DNA of 21,522 nucleotides from Catajapyx aquilonaris. Lineage: Eukaryota. Of this stretch, positions 1 through 12,672 are shown in pieces. The notes under the pieces are model-generated. The model worked only from the letters and a program-made list of their open reading frames with translations. It ran no database searches and was not told where the DNA came from. A program made the position numbers and the translations under genes. Each line of letters begins with the position of its first letter. Within the stretch, counting starts at the first letter, position 1. Where the stretch lies: contig KZ538331.1 in NCBI GenBank assembly GCA_000934665.2, forward strand, positions 62,001-83,522, given 5' to 3'.

Positions 1-371
1 CCAAATTTCAAAAATGCGCAACTGTCTTTGCTTTTGTGGGGATTAAATAACACTAGGCGGCTGCTGGTCAATGACAGGCGTCAATTTGATGAGTAATTGA
101 TTTGGCAAGAGTTAATATTTATTCAGTTGCTGCAGGTGTATTTTTTGATGATGACTACAAGGTTAACTTCAGGACGCGACAGACACGCAGTCACAATGCC
201 TACTTATTTCTGCTGATTACTCCTTGGCGCACAGACGGGGCAGACTTTTGACATAAAAATATTATGATGACATTGTAGCTCTAATGATGTACTGCTCTTC
301 TTCTGATTGATCTGTGCTTCCATAAATTCATCATAAATTTTGTGATCTGACGCGTATTAGTTCGTAATGCG

Positions 372-433
372 TATAAATTGAAAATCCCGCTTTGATGAAC
401 TGCATTCGGATGCGCTCCCACAGTTGCCAGATG
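372..433 (+). promoter_or_regulatory. Putative core promoter / TSS region of Srrm234
   Basis: TATAAA at 372-377, Inr-like GCATTC about 30 nt downstream (402-407) and ACAGTT (420-425). ATCTGGCAAC on the - strand (423-432) fits the start of Drosophila Ohler motif 8 (MKSYGGCARC). All lie at the shift from AT-rich to GC/CpG-rich sequence. The exact TSS is not determinable. Confidence 0.4.
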
Positions 434-673
434 CGTGGGAGGGAGGGAGAGGGCGTCGCGGTGGCGAGAAGAGAGCGTGAGTGCTTCCACCTGGTGGCCA
501 GCTTTGGGTTGCAAAGGCGACCCAACTAATCGGGTCGTGTACAACGTAGGCTGTGGTGTTCTGTGTGCTACGGGAAGGAAGGAACAGGCCCAGGGGCCGA
601 CCCCGTGGCGGAGACGAAGGAGCGACAACGGTCCGAGGAAGACTCACTCCAACCCGTTTCCAGGCAGCCGCAG
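420..673 (+). other. Srrm234: Putative non-coding exon 1 (5' UTR) of Srrm234; start approximate
   Basis: GC/CpG-rich segment ending in a consensus donor CAG|GTGAGC (GT at 674). The ATG-bearing exon is preceded by a clear acceptor at 4621-4623, so an upstream exon is needed. Confidence 0.65.
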
Positions 674-3600
674 GTGAGCATAAATATGCCAACATGCATG
701 GGTCTATCGCGAGAGAGAGGGGAGGAGGCGCGGCCGTTGAGGGGCGGCCGGGAAGGAGGGGAGTCCCGGTCGGTCGGCTGGACACTGATCGTTTTGGGGG
801 CCTACCTTTTGGGTGGAAAATTGTTTATTCACTTGGGACACTTGCGGGGGTGGGGGAGGAGAGGGGGGTTCAAGTTACGTCGTAGAGACGTTTTCGTGCG
901 TGATTACCAGTCTAGAGAGGACAGCAAACTGCTGCAGTATTTGTGGTATGTGGCATACAATATGGGATGTGTTCGGGGATGAGGGTTGGCATTTGAAATA
1001 TTTGGCCAATCTGGGTCCTTGTCAGGGTGAACCACCATGCATAATACCTCCTCTGGCAGTGTAATGATTTGGAAATTCGGGAGTAGAACTAGTCGTAACT
1101 GTCACTTACAAATTGCATAGGAAACTGCTGGCACTCCAAGTGGTGCTTTAACTATTTTAAATGATGGTTAAAAGCAGTTTTTAGTGGAAAGATTGTACCT
1201 AACCGTCACACTTATGGTATTGCGACTGAAGGTGATTGGTACTAGGACAAGCAGCGGCAGTTAATTTTTCTGGTGCCTTGTCATGACTTGCACAATATAT
1301 TGCTCAAGTTGATAGCATGAGCATGTGGAACTCCACTGCCCAATTTGGTGGTTTGGGTTCACGTGCACATTTTCTGTTCAATTGCATGGTGAAGCCTGTT
1401 TAGAACTAAAAATTCTTAGTGAGCCAGCTAGCCAGAATTTTCTGCCTTCACTAGCATGTAAACAAGTACAAATATTTGCTTTGGATGCTTGGCATATAGG
1501 GTTCTCCTGTACACCCACTATACCTTGCGCTGTACAATGTAGATCACAATCATTATGCATGGGGACTTTCATGCAAATTTTTGCATATGAATGTGAAGTT
1601 ACTTATGCTGACCTTCCATGAAGATCACTACACTAGTTTAGAAGGGAGTTAAAAGCACATTTACATTACTCATCTGAAAGGTATATCAATAGGCACATGC
1701 CACATGGGTGTGTTCAAAGATATGGCTTCTTTCTGGAAACACACTGAAATATTATTTCTGGTGAAGTCACCTTGCCACTTGGCAGAAGATAATAATATTA
1801 GCATTTTTCTGTTATTGGCATGACTAGATTTCTATGGGGAAATTAACGTGATGAGATGGATTTATGTGCTACATGTAAAGAGAGATCCCCTCAAACTGGC
1901 AAGTATGATTCATACACATGAATCAACAAAGCTAAAGTGACAGGAATAATGTTTTTATTTTGGTCAATTTGTTTATGCCCACGTTGCAAAGAACCCAAAG
2001 TGATATCAATATTGCTTTTAATTGATGCTGTGTAATGTGCGTTACAGTCCCAATTCATTCATTCATTCCATCAGATCATTAATCTCGTAATAGGGTAGCC
2101 AGCGATGACTAGTGTACACAGTTTCCATATATCAGTACACCTAGCCATCTCGATTATAGTCATAATGATGATCAAAAATTAACTACATATTTGTGAACTT
2201 GACTGAACACCATATTGCTACATGTAAAGCTCCAAGCCAGTGCAATTGGGGCCAGCCAGACTTTATAAATGCACAGCTGGTGCCTACACTGTACTGGCAG
2301 GTAGGATATGTAGTATGAAGTGTATCTCTGGAGCAGTACAGCCACTGCTGCTGTTGTGCCAAGAAAAGCCCAATCAATCCATCAATGATAATATGAAGTG
2401 GGGTTTTGTCCAGAGACATCAGATACCTGTATTACATACCTAGACAGCCACCACAGCCCTTCCCTATACCAGATGGAAACATGTGAAAACTTGGTGGCCG
2501 TATAACTTAGCAAAACCTTGATGATTACATTATGTTAATTAATGATGTTCAAGCACCCTACCATTTTTGATATGCTTACCACATGGCATTTATACATTTA
2601 TTTCACCAGTCATGATGTGTTTGTTGCATGGTGCTTTGATAAAATACATTTGTGAGTGGATCTTGTGATTGAATCTGCACATACCTCTGCAGGATTGTCA
2701 TTGCCTGAGTCCACAGTTCAAGATGAAGGCATGATAGACTGTGGAGAAGTTCTGGGTTGTTTACTTCAGCAACCTTATCAACCATCTGGTAGCAACTATG
2801 TCCGGGTGACATTATCTTGTCCTGATTTCTATTTCTATTTCTTTTTGCGTGCAGTCTTACTGCATTTAATTTTTTTTTACAAGGCAAGGGTTTGAATGGG
2901 ATTAAATGTGCTGGTCATATGGAGATAGGAAAGGCTGTGTTTCTCTTGGTCTGCCTCCAACCCCATACACACCTTTCTGGCTGGGGTGGCCTTGCTAGCA
3001 GATGAAGCTACTGCGGATATAGCTTTTGAAGTCATTGGAGAATGTGATACCGCACCACCATTCAATGATTCAGGCTGAAAAATGATAGATTTTTTTTGTG
3101 TGAAAATCTTAGGGGTACTGTAAACCTGCTTGAATTTTGCCAAGTTTAAGTACAAGGGGCTTTCGTAAATAAATTGTAATTGAGATGTTCATTAGTGCCT
3201 GACCAGATTTGACATTGTACTACTGTAAATATCAATATGAAAATGAGCGACTGAGTGCAGGCCTTTCATGTGCATATTTAAATATTATTGCAGATGCATT
3301 AAAGGATGCTTAAAAATATCACTCCTTCTTATTGAAATGCTTCACAAACATTTGGGAGAAAAATGTTTACTTTAAATTAAATATTATTAATAAAAATAAT
3401 GTACAGAGTAATAAATTGTAATGTCAGATGGAACTTTGGATCACTTTTATCCTACAGAGAGTAATTCCATAATGCATCTGCAGGTTTGCTGAGAGAAAGG
3501 TGAGCCAAGGGCAGTAGTAGATGGAGTGAATCAGGAAATAGGGCAAGTGATTTATTTTCTTTGTGGTTTAATAGTGAAGGACGCAGTCTTTTCCTGTGCC

Positions 3601-4048
3601 ATGCAGGATTGTATTTCATGCTACTGTGCAATCATGAAAGCATGGCACAATTTTTTATGTGGAAAGGGGAGATTGGTCAATAGTACTTTTTAGCTGAAAT
3701 TTTATGCTCATTAATTCATTGAAGACTGTCAAATTTTTACGGTCTTGTATTTCACACTCTTTCCAAGCTTTATGCAAGTAATGTGGATATGAGAAGGTAG
3801 GCCAGATCTTTCTGCATGTGCTAGTGCTATTGAGATGCTTACTTGATCTTTAAACAGGAGATGCGAGTCATCTTCATGATGTATGTTATAAAACACACCT
3901 ACAAACCAGGTGTTGCATGGTTAAAGTATCACAATTCTGCCACCTTAGAAGAAGAAAAATCCACACATCCTTAGTTCATATTGCTGGAAGTGCTTATTTC
4001 CAAAACACTGCAGGATGCCAGAGAAATGATAGTGAGGTCTGGAAGAAG

Positions 4049-4222
4049 CAAGGGGTAAATCACTCGTCAAGTCCGTTGTACGGTTGGCGCCAAGTCCGAC
4101 CAAGTCCGGGCTCAAGTCCGCTAAGTCCGGGCTCAAGTCCGACAAGTCCGAGCCCAAGTCCGACCAAGTCTGGCTCTTTACAAGTCCGTTGTACGCTCAA
4201 CTGCCGAGTGATTTACCCCTTG
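4049..4222. mobile_element. 174-bp non-autonomous DNA transposon (MITE), hAT- or P-superfamily-like
   Basis: Perfect 18-bp TIR CAAGGGGTAAATCACTCG (4049-4066 / 4205-4222) and perfect 8-bp TSD GGAAGAAG (4041-4048, 4223-4230). The interior has ten copies of AAGTC[C/T]G. Confidence 0.9.
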
Positions 4223-4651
4223 GGAAGAAGCCAGTGGCGGAGTGACCCGACTGGGAATCATAACTACTTCAATCAATTCATTAAGCATTATCTGCTTTGA
4301 ATACTGCTTATCGATTGATTATTTTCTGAAACAGTGCTGCTTTATAAAGGGGCCCCTCTGGGCTGGCCAAGAGGGATGTACAGTTTGAAACAAATATAGT
4401 CACATAACAACCAGATGCTTCATACAAGCATGTGGCATTTGGTCGCGATTAATAGATTTTCCCAGATGTTTTTTCCTCCCTTGCTAACAAGTTGTTTTCA
4501 TCAACCAGTAATGTTGTAGTGTGTCATTGTGGCTGGCAAAGATTTTGTTTAATTATTTTTTGTGGGTGAAGTGTGTTAAGATAAATTTGCTATAAATATG
4601 TTTATTTGTTTTGGCCTTTTCAGGTAGTGTGGTAACACTGGACCAAACAGA

Positions 4652-4890
4652 ATGTACAATGGTATAGGCCTACCAACCCCTAGGGGGTCAGGCACAAATG
4701 GGTACGTCCAACGCAACTGGGCCTTCATCCGTAAGTCAAAAGAGAAGGTCCAGTACAAGACTGAAGAGGAGTTGGAGAAGCTGGAGGCTCAGAACAATCG
4801 GCAGCCAAATCAAGATATCCTTGATCATGAGCGCAAGAGGAAAGTGGAGGTCAGGTGCATGGAACTCAAGGACATCCTGGAAGAGCAAGG
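4652..4890 (+). CDS. Srrm234: Srrm234 coding exon (exon 2 begins 4624; ATG 4652): N-terminal peptide and first part of the cwf21 domain
   Basis: MYNGIGLPTPRGSGTNGYVQRN...PNQDILDHERKRKVEVRCMELKDILEEQG matches the recognisable SRRM2/Cwc21 N-terminus. Acceptor ttttCAG 4621-4623; donor GG|GTAAGT (phase 2). Confidence 0.98.
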
Positions 4891-4979
4891 GTAAGTTGCG
4901 TTTAATATTGCAATATATTGAGCATGTTTTTATTAACATTTCCAAATGATTCCAAGGGATGCGAGGCCAGTATTAGAGG

Positions 4980-5304
4980 TTTTTTTTATTTTTTATTATT
5001 TTTAACCCCATTAAGAGATCAGCGCTCTTTTAGGGTGTTGTAACACCACCATATTTTCAAATTTTCTTGTAGTTTTCTTCAACTCCGTGCAGGGAAGAAA
5101 GGACATGGGGTAGGGATGGGGATTTTTTGAGGAGGGGAGTGCAATGTCTGAAACCGGGTCATGTGCAGTCTCCCTGGAGGTTAGGTTGCCAGATGCCTCC
5201 AAGGCGTGTGATGCAGGGGGAAGGGAACTCCCGGGTGGGGATCAAACCCGGGACCTTCCGCTCAGCAAGCCGTCGTGTTATTGACTTGGCCACCACTCCT
5301 CCCC
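4980..5304 (-). mobile_element. tRNA-derived SINE
   Basis: On the - strand: head with A-box-like TGGCCAAGTCAA (5281-5292) and B-box-like GGTTTGATCCC (5238-5248), a body of about 250 nt, and an A-rich tail (T-rich 4980-5003 on +). No clean TSD. Confidence 0.75.
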
Positions 5305-7051
5305 GTATTTGAATATTAGATAATTCATATGTCACATAATGAGATATCAATCATTTTTGGTACAGTAGATTGCAATGTATGCTGCAGCTATCTTGAAGAT
5401 GCATTTTGCAATATCTGTGGTAGTTGTGGGCATTAAAAAATAGTAAATTGCCACAAAAGGGCCTGCATGTTACAGAATGGCAGTCTGGTAGGGCGTGATA
5501 GGGAAAGTCAAGGGGAAAGGATAATGCCCATGTGGCGCTCTTTGAGTAAATTGGCGCCCGTCCAGGATACCTGCCAGTTATATGTGGTTATTTCTACACT
5601 GGCATCCACTTCTTTGTAGGTCAGTGATGCATGGGCTAAAATTCAGGAACTGCCTAGGAATTTAAGGCTTGGATTCCCTCTCATTTGCATACCAATGAAT
5701 GGATATGGCACCCAGAGGAATGAGATTAGATGTTTGTTCCCCCTTGTTATCATTAATGAAATATTGTGGCAGTGGGCTTCCGGAACTGCTTGCGTTTACA
5801 GGGTTGGGTGGGTGAGTGAGGAGTGGGAGACTCCTCCTAACTATTGATCAGTTCCAGGCTGCTGCCATGGCCTTAGTTGTTACAACCTTGCCCCACCACC
5901 CCACCCATTATCCACCTGACTATTACGAAAGTTGAAGGAGATGGGTTTGCAACAGGAGATAGCCTGGCCTAAGTTTTTTTTATATTCTTGCACAATTCTT
6001 TTGTCGTCCCAGCTGCTCAAATGAATAGCCATCTTGTTGGGAGTCGACAGGCGACAGCTTGCATTGTGCTGGGTTGGATTCCATGAGACAAGCGTGATGT
6101 TCAGGGAGTTGATGCCATTCTTTTCAACACTGACGGGAGTGTAAATTTACTCAGGGATTTCTTTGTGGGAATTCAGAGCATTATATTTCAGTGACAGTGG
6201 GATGAGGGTGTGGTGGCAGTGAAAAATAAAACTTGCTTGCAAAAGTGTACATTCTGTACACTCCCGATACAGTATCTCAGAAACTTGGCATCTCTACTGC
6301 TCTTTCTACAGTTTATAAATACTTGAATGCAGATAATAGCAAGGTCAACATTTTTGGATCCAGGTTCATGACAGGCTGTGATAAAGCCTGGTTTTAAAAA
6401 AAATATCCTTTAGGGAGACCGTACTGTGGAAAAGTAATGTAGTGACAGTAAGAGGTTTGCTTAAGATATATCACTGATTTATGAGGAAAATTAGATATAG
6501 TTGCATGGTAATGGTTTATTTTTAATTAGGTCTATTTGCTTATCAGTCAATGTAGTGATACAAGGGGCAGTGCAGTGGTGTCAGAGTGTAATGTAATGAT
6601 GTCACATTGTAAGCCTTACACACACTGGCCTTGCATGCTTGCACTTCTGCTTTGGTGTAATACCAGACCTTACACTGGAATAAACGAATGGTGTGTAGTA
6701 AGGCTATGCCGGGCTACGCCCTTCCCCTGCACTGGAATTAGCAAATGCTGCTCTTGCACCATTGGTGTTGCATCAGGGCCAGAACTGCTGATAAATGAAT
6801 AGACCTATTGTGGAAGGGTTGCAGTAATGCTGACAATAGGGAAGCACCATAATAGACATTGATAATAATAACTTATCAGTTAGATTTATGTAGTTCTATG
6901 GCATCACCACATATTAGTAAACTACACAAACAGGTTTTGGGATAATATTTGTTAAAATGGGATAAAATGTACTTGCTTGTGGATTTTGTAGAAAATTTTG
7001 GTCACGTGAGTCGATTTATTCAAAGAATCGCTTGTCATTTTAAATTGGCAG

Positions 7052-7156
7052 ATGCACCAAGGAGTACATAGAAGAGAAAGTAACAACATTCAGGGCTCAT
7101 TTGTTGGAGAAGGAAGGTCCCAATGCCATACCTCGAGATGAATTTGGACGACCATG
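7052..7156 (+). CDS. Srrm234: Srrm234 exon 3 (105 nt), rest of the cwf21 domain
   Basis: Not in the ORF track. Acceptor ggCAG, donor TG|GTAAGT. Translates in frame as (G)CTKEYIEEKVTTFRAHLLEKEGPNAIPRDEFGRP(C), similar to SRRM2 'IQEKVATFRLMLLEK'. Confidence 0.95.
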
Positions 7157-7490
7157 GTAAGTACATTTTTTTTATTTGGATGAGAGGAAAGACATTGACA
7201 ATAATAGAGAGTGCGGTGTGTTAGCTGCGACAAAATAAATCTATTGAGGCTTATGTAATGCAGTTGGTAGACACGAAGGATAGGTAGTCATGCTATCGTA
7301 GCATGTAAAGCAGTTGCCAAATGGAATAAATCATTCCTGCCCAGCATTGATCAAGCAAGGTGGAAATCCAGTTGATTATTGAGTCAGGAAAAGCCATTTC
7401 AGGAGACCTAGTTGTTAGGCTGACGACAGCTAAAAATGAGTAGGACCTGACCCAGTAAAAGGGATTAGACACTAGAAAATTGCAGACTCA

Positions 7491-9400
7491 TTAGCGTCTT
7501 CCTGGGGTAATTTTGGATCCAGGAGAGATAGGACATGCAGCTTTATCCAGAAGGAAGGTCACCCAAGTCATTAGGATTTTAAGCACCCTAATTATTGCTT
7601 CTTCTGATGGTGGTTCATTCGAGGTGTGTTGGGGGGGGTTAAAACTCGGCGTTTGCATAGCCGCATGCACTACCTCTCCCGGTCTTTTTCCACTTTTCCG
7701 ACTGGATCTGCGTGTGTAGCGTGAATATTGATCTGCGGCCTCGCCCCGCAAGAGCTGGTTGGAAAGTACGCGATTTTTCCGCCGGGCCCGGCTTCCATAC
7801 GGGGTCTTTTCATCCCCTCCCCGAACCTCAATGGGCACGTTTTGCACAGGAATTTTTCATCATTTTTTAAAAAATGAAAAGGACCCAAACTTTTCTGAAG
7901 ATTTTCGGGAGCACCTGGCGTTCCGAGAAGTTTTTCCGGGGCGAAATTCTCATTTGTCCGGATTTGCGGGGGGGTCTTAGGGGGAATAAAGTATGAGATT
8001 TGGGCATTCATACCCGGAAGAACCAGGGTGCAATCAAGGGTTATTAGTGTTTGCTCAGCATATCGAAATGCGATGCTTAGAATGGGGGCGAGGGTGATAT
8101 TGGATCCGGCCGTGTTTTTTTTGTTATGGGCGTCACATGGTTGTAATTAAATAAAACCGGTTCCAGCTTTATGGTCCCGGTGCTGCCGGTGTTTCGGGAG
8201 GGGTGGGTTGGAGGGGCTGCCACTATTGATTTGCAGGCAGAAATCCGGAGCATGGCGCCCGGATAGGGGGCATCTCCCATCCAGTGAGAGGAAAACGGAG
8301 GAAAAAGAGGGGGGAGAGAAGAGTATTTTGGGTGGATTGCCCCCGGGTCAAGTGGCGCCGGCGCCTAGGCCCGACCCGTAGGTTTTAGGGTCACGGCAAC
8401 ATTTTCGTAGGGGGCCCAATATGCGCGTTGAGGAATCGGCGCAGGGACGTCGCATTTGCGTGCGTGACTCGGTGTCTTGGGGCACACTGGTCACAACCAT
8501 GGCACTCTGGTACAGCTCAGGAGCGGCTGCAGTCAGAGCCTGGGTGCCTTTCCAGTTGGGAGCCTCTCGGAATTGGTGGTGACCATGTGAAAGACACATT
8601 GTTTGCAACGAGGTGCCTCAGCTAGTCTTCCATTTGAAACCAAGTCTTCCAGACGTACAATCCTACCAAGGGCTTCCATTGGTGTTCATGACTTTAGTTT
8701 TTTCGGTGTGCATGAAATAGTGTGTGATGCAGTGCCAGAGTAGGATGTCCAGAAAGGGACGACCCAAAATACCAGTTAGTCAGAGGGCACTTTTCGAGCG
8801 GTTGTGGCAGGGGACTTTCCGAGCAATCTTAGCCGAACAGACTCTGAGGACGGGAGCTGCACCTTATTGTGCCACTGAGTCGCTTCATCCGACATGCCAC
8901 TGTCCTTGCGTGATGACCAACACTTGCCTCAAGTGCCACTGCTGTCACCACCCACCTGTGATGGCCCATCACCACGACGATGTGGCAAACTTGAGAATAA
9001 GGGTCCTCACACCTCGCAGGGATAGTCACCCTTCTTGCAGGAAGACACTTCGGTCTGTGGTTAGGTATGGGAAAAATACTGAACAGCCTGCAGCTAGTGG
9101 GCTACTGTTTATTGGATTGCAGCTTGTGTTTAAAGGACCGGCTGCCAATCCTCTTAGGAATTCCACCATTGCGTTAAATCCCCACTCAGGCAGAGAAATC
9201 TCATTAATTATTGATAGGAGTTGGCTTAGCTTTATTGTCTTGGGTAGAGCTTTGATTGAATTAAAGGGCACCTCTCAGACCTTGCCAGGAAACATCAGTG
9301 TGGTACACCGAGAGTTCGTATTAAAGTAGTTCCTAAACCTAAGGCGATAATTGAGTGCGCGCTAATAATTCCAAAAACTTGCATGACCCATCAATACTAA
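7491..9400. mobile_element. GC/CpG-rich intronic segment, probably a decayed retroelement remnant; boundaries approximate
   Basis: Composition differs from the AT-rich introns. The - strand has broken Cys/His fragments (PRCKQC..SHGHH across a frameshift; ECHGCDQCAPRH) at about 8460-8615, resembling gag-like zinc knuckles. No intact ORF, termini or TSD found. Confidence 0.3.
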
Positions 9401-9534
9401 GTTGCCTTGTGAAAATTCATGTTCAGTTTCAAGAGTATTGAGCCAGTCAACTTGATATCAGCCTCTTTTTATGACTTGCGCTACTGGTACTATACATTAG
9501 TCCAATCAGTGATATATGAACATTTCTTTTACAG

Positions 9535-9873
9535 TGTGAAAGAGACTCATCAAATAGCAGAGGCGCAGCAAGAGAAGAATGCAAAACTTCGGGAGGCTTT
9601 TGGAATATCAGAGTTTTTTGTTGAGGGCAGCAGCCTCGATCCAAATCGCAAGGCAAAGGAGGCAGCTGCTAAAGCTGCAGCCACCACATCAGTGGAGGTG
9701 CAAAAGCAGTATGCTCTGGTACATTCACCCAGTGCTAGTCCTCAGAGAGAGGAGAACGAAAAGGAGAAGGAGAAGGAGAAGGAAAAGGAGAAGAGCAAGA
9801 AAGACAAAGTGGCAGAAAAAGGCAAGGACAAAGATGGTGACAAGATGAGCAAGCGGAAGAGGAAATTGTCCAG
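9535..9873 (+). CDS. Srrm234: Srrm234 exon 4 (339 nt)
   Basis: Acceptor ttttACAG, donor AG|GTAAAT. VKETHQIAEAQQEKNAKLREAFGISEFFVEGSSLDP corresponds to SRRM2 'ETHQLAELNEKKNERLRAAFGISDSYVDGSSFDP', followed by an EK repeat. Confidence 0.96.
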
Positions 9874-10080
9874 GTAAATGCAGTTTCCTTTGCTGCATAA
9901 ACTGCGTAGCTGACATTTGCATTGAGATTTGACATGAGAACACTACAAATGAGTAAGGAATATAGTGTACAGTAATAAATTGAAAATTAGATGCTGCATC
10001 TTCATTTGCTTGCAATAATGGAGAACATGCTACAAGTTTACCCAGACTTCAATTTACTCAACATTCTCATTTTACTTCAG

Positions 10081-10146
10081 ATCATCCAGTTCACACTCAC
10101 ATAAAGGCAAGAAGAAGAAGAAGTCCAGCAAGCGAAAACGTGAAAG
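10081..10146 (+). CDS. Srrm234: Srrm234 exon 5 (66 nt), Ser/Lys-rich
   Basis: Acceptor tttacttCAG, donor AG|GTAAGT. Reads in frame as (R)SSSSHSHKGKKKKKSSKRKRE(S). Confidence 0.92.
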
Positions 10147-11985
10147 GTAAGTGCATATGTTTGTGTGTGGCGGTACTTTTTTTTTGCCATTGGTAGATTT
10201 TATTGGTTACTCTTTCCACCTCTACATTACTCAACTGGATGGTAGGTTTATTGTGTGCAGCAGCAGAGGCAGGGTTTTAATACACTTGTGGTTTGAGGGA
10301 TCCTGTCATTGTCAATAAAGAAATCATAAGTAATTTTGATAACTTTTTTGCTTGTGATGTTGACTTTTGCTGCCATGTTTGAACTTGGGAATCCAGGAAA
10401 CCATAAGTTGTGGAAAAATACTGATTTAAATGATAGCCAACATAACACTGCTTCTGCTGATCTATGGTAGCCAAGAACATGTTTACTACTGTGGACATGG
10501 CTCATTTGTAACATTGTGTGTGTGAATGTGTGTGGGATAACAGCGGCAAAAAGTCAGGTCCAAATGTGAGATTGTAGTCATCTTAATGCCACCTTTTCAC
10601 TGTTTCTACATTGTTTGTTTATATATTGTGGGTGGGCATGAGTGTTCCTCAGATGAACTGAATAATGATGACATTTTTTTTCCTCATTCAACAAATTTCT
10701 TTCTATGCTGCACATGAGATTCAGTGTGATGTTACCCTAAACTAGCAGGTACGGTAGTAATTGTACATTTTTAGCACAGTTTTAAAAAGCCCTGTTCACA
10801 TAAGAAGACATCTGAAGCCTGTCAGTATGTTGGAATTTTGCTGTGATTCTTGTAGGATTTAAAAAATTATTCATGCACACAAACTGAAGAAATATTCTAA
10901 ATTAATGTCGAATTACATAGGGCAAATTTAACTGGTTGCTTTACAACATGTGTCATTCATTGGGAGGAGTCATTCGTGCTCATCAATGGGCTATGTAAAT
11001 ACCCACCTTACCATGGAAGTCATCGATGCCCTAATGCTTGGACAAGGCTGATTGCTATCCTCTCCTATACCACGCAAACATTTGTTAATACCTTTCTCTT
11101 TGCTTTTTTCTGACAAGTCCTTCCTATCGAAGGGTGCGAAAGGTAAAGCTCTTTGCCTAAGTCCTAGGCCTGTATGAGTGTGTCTTACCAATGGTGTTCT
11201 TTGTCAGAAATATTTTTAAGAATATCACCTATCTTTTCGCCTCTTTTATAGTCATGTAAATAATTATAAGCAAGTTTCTTTTGTGTATGTTTCTTTTCAC
11301 TCGGGAAGTTTTGAAGTGAACACCTTGCAGGAACAGTGCCTGCATTGCTTTCAATTTCAGAGAAGAAATAAAAGAATAAGTAGAAATTTGTCCTTCAGAG
11401 GAATCTCAGGCACTTTTTCACCCACTTAACTACTAGCCCCTTAAAATTTTATAGATGTTGGGATCCAATTGGATGTAGACCTTGGAATATGTGCATAATT
11501 TTTTAGCGATTGCTGGAGGTTCCTCATTGGGTCTAAATTTAATTGTCAAGTAAGATATGGCATGTGGGACAAAGGTAAGGATCCAACTTCAGAACAGAAA
11601 CACCAATACTTACGGGATTTTAAAAATACACTAGTTTGGAGAGGCACATCTGAGAATATATTTTTATTTGTGTCAGTACTTCTTAAGTTTTTGAGTCTTT
11701 GTAGATAGCTTTTCACACATCTTGAAACCATGTATTTTTAAAAATAACTATGTTGTATTGCCTTTTTCTGTATATTAGTGATTTCTTTTGTTGCACACAG
11801 CACTTTTGTGAGATTAACGTGTCACCTCAGTGGCACCTAGCCACCTGCCTAAAGTATTCATGAGAAGGGGGGGAGAAAAGAACAGTAATTTTGATTGTAC
11901 CATGGCCTAAATTGTATTGTCAGCATTACTTGCTATTTGGAGAGGAGCCCAAATTTTTTCATGGTTTCTTCTACCCTTCTTAAAG

Positions 11986-12150
11986 TTTGGAGGCTCGCTC
12001 AAAAAAGCGTAGCAAGAAGAAGAAGAAGGAACAGCGCCGGAGGCATCGTGCTTCCTCCTCATCGTCGTCATCATCCAGCTCTTCATCATCATCTTCCTCG
12101 TCCAATGACAGCAGTTTCACCGACTCTTCATCCTCATCCAGTTCTAGCAG
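11986..12150 (+). CDS. Srrm234: Srrm234 exon 6 (165 nt), basic stretch plus poly-Ser
   Basis: Pyrimidine tract with AAG acceptor, donor CAG|GTATGA. Reads in frame as LEARSKKRSKKKKKEQRRRHRASSSS...; phase 2/2. Confidence 0.9.
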
Positions 12151-12672
12151 GTATGAGGCAGATCTTCTCTGACTGATGAACAGTTTTAGGGAAAGATTGT
12201 TATATTCCAGACAGAGTTCATGTCTTTCTTCCCAAGAGTAGTACATTCCAAACTCAATAATATGATGATCTTTGTAATCATATTATTTTTATGCAATAGA
12301 ATTGAAATTGCACTTTCTGTACCTCATCAGTTTTGTTTTGATCAAGTTAAGTTCATCTGCCTTTTCACATACTAAACAGGCACTTTTAAACTACCTGTAA
12401 GTACGTTGGGCACTTGAGCTCCTTTGCATGCAATGTGATGGGTGTTGAACACTGCTATGTAATATGGCAGGAGCATCGAGAGATGCCATATGTACCGTTG
12501 TTTTACACGGATCTGCTTTCCGAGGCACACATTTTTGTTTCCTTATTTGCTATTTTGATTTATTGCCCCTGGAGGTTATTGAATTTTTTTTTGTGCTGCT
12601 AGTTGCTTACTTTCTGACTTAAAGCCAGGAATGAATAATCACCCATTTTTTTCTGCCTGCCCTTCTCCACAG

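Noticed and set aside
146..216. C/D box snoRNA-like ATGATGA...CTGA
   Set aside because: No terminal stem or recognisable guide, and these motifs are frequent by chance in AT-rich DNA.
281..1064. Cluster of overlapping ORFs on both strands
   Set aside because: Expected in GC-rich promoter/5' UTR sequence. There is no recognisable protein and several have non-ATG starts.
3917..4300. 127-aa ORF with SP repeats and a CRISPR-like look of the short repeats
   Set aside because: The repeats are 7-mers without unique spacers inside a TIR/TSD-bounded MITE. The ORF is a by-product, and there are no cas genes in this eukaryotic context.
4621..4640. CAG|GTAGTG recursive site and an M1BP-like TGGTAACACTG at the start of exon 2
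   Set aside because: The regenerated donor is poor and the motif has a mismatch, so there is too little support for recursive splicing or an internal promoter.
5236..5304. tRNA gene on the - strand
   Set aside because: The A/B boxes are degenerate, there is no convincing cloverleaf, and the sequence continues into a SINE body and A-rich tail.
5480..6070. Possible further decayed SINE/TE fragments (also about 10960-11210, 13090-13210 and 14400-14650)
   Set aside because: Slightly GC-richer than the surroundings, but no termini, TSDs or diagnostic boxes that I could support without a repeat library.
8724..9329. 201-aa + strand ORF as a nested gene or extra exon
   Set aside because: No recognisable domain, no convincing flanking splice sites, and the cwf21 region already joins cleanly from exon 3 to exon 4.
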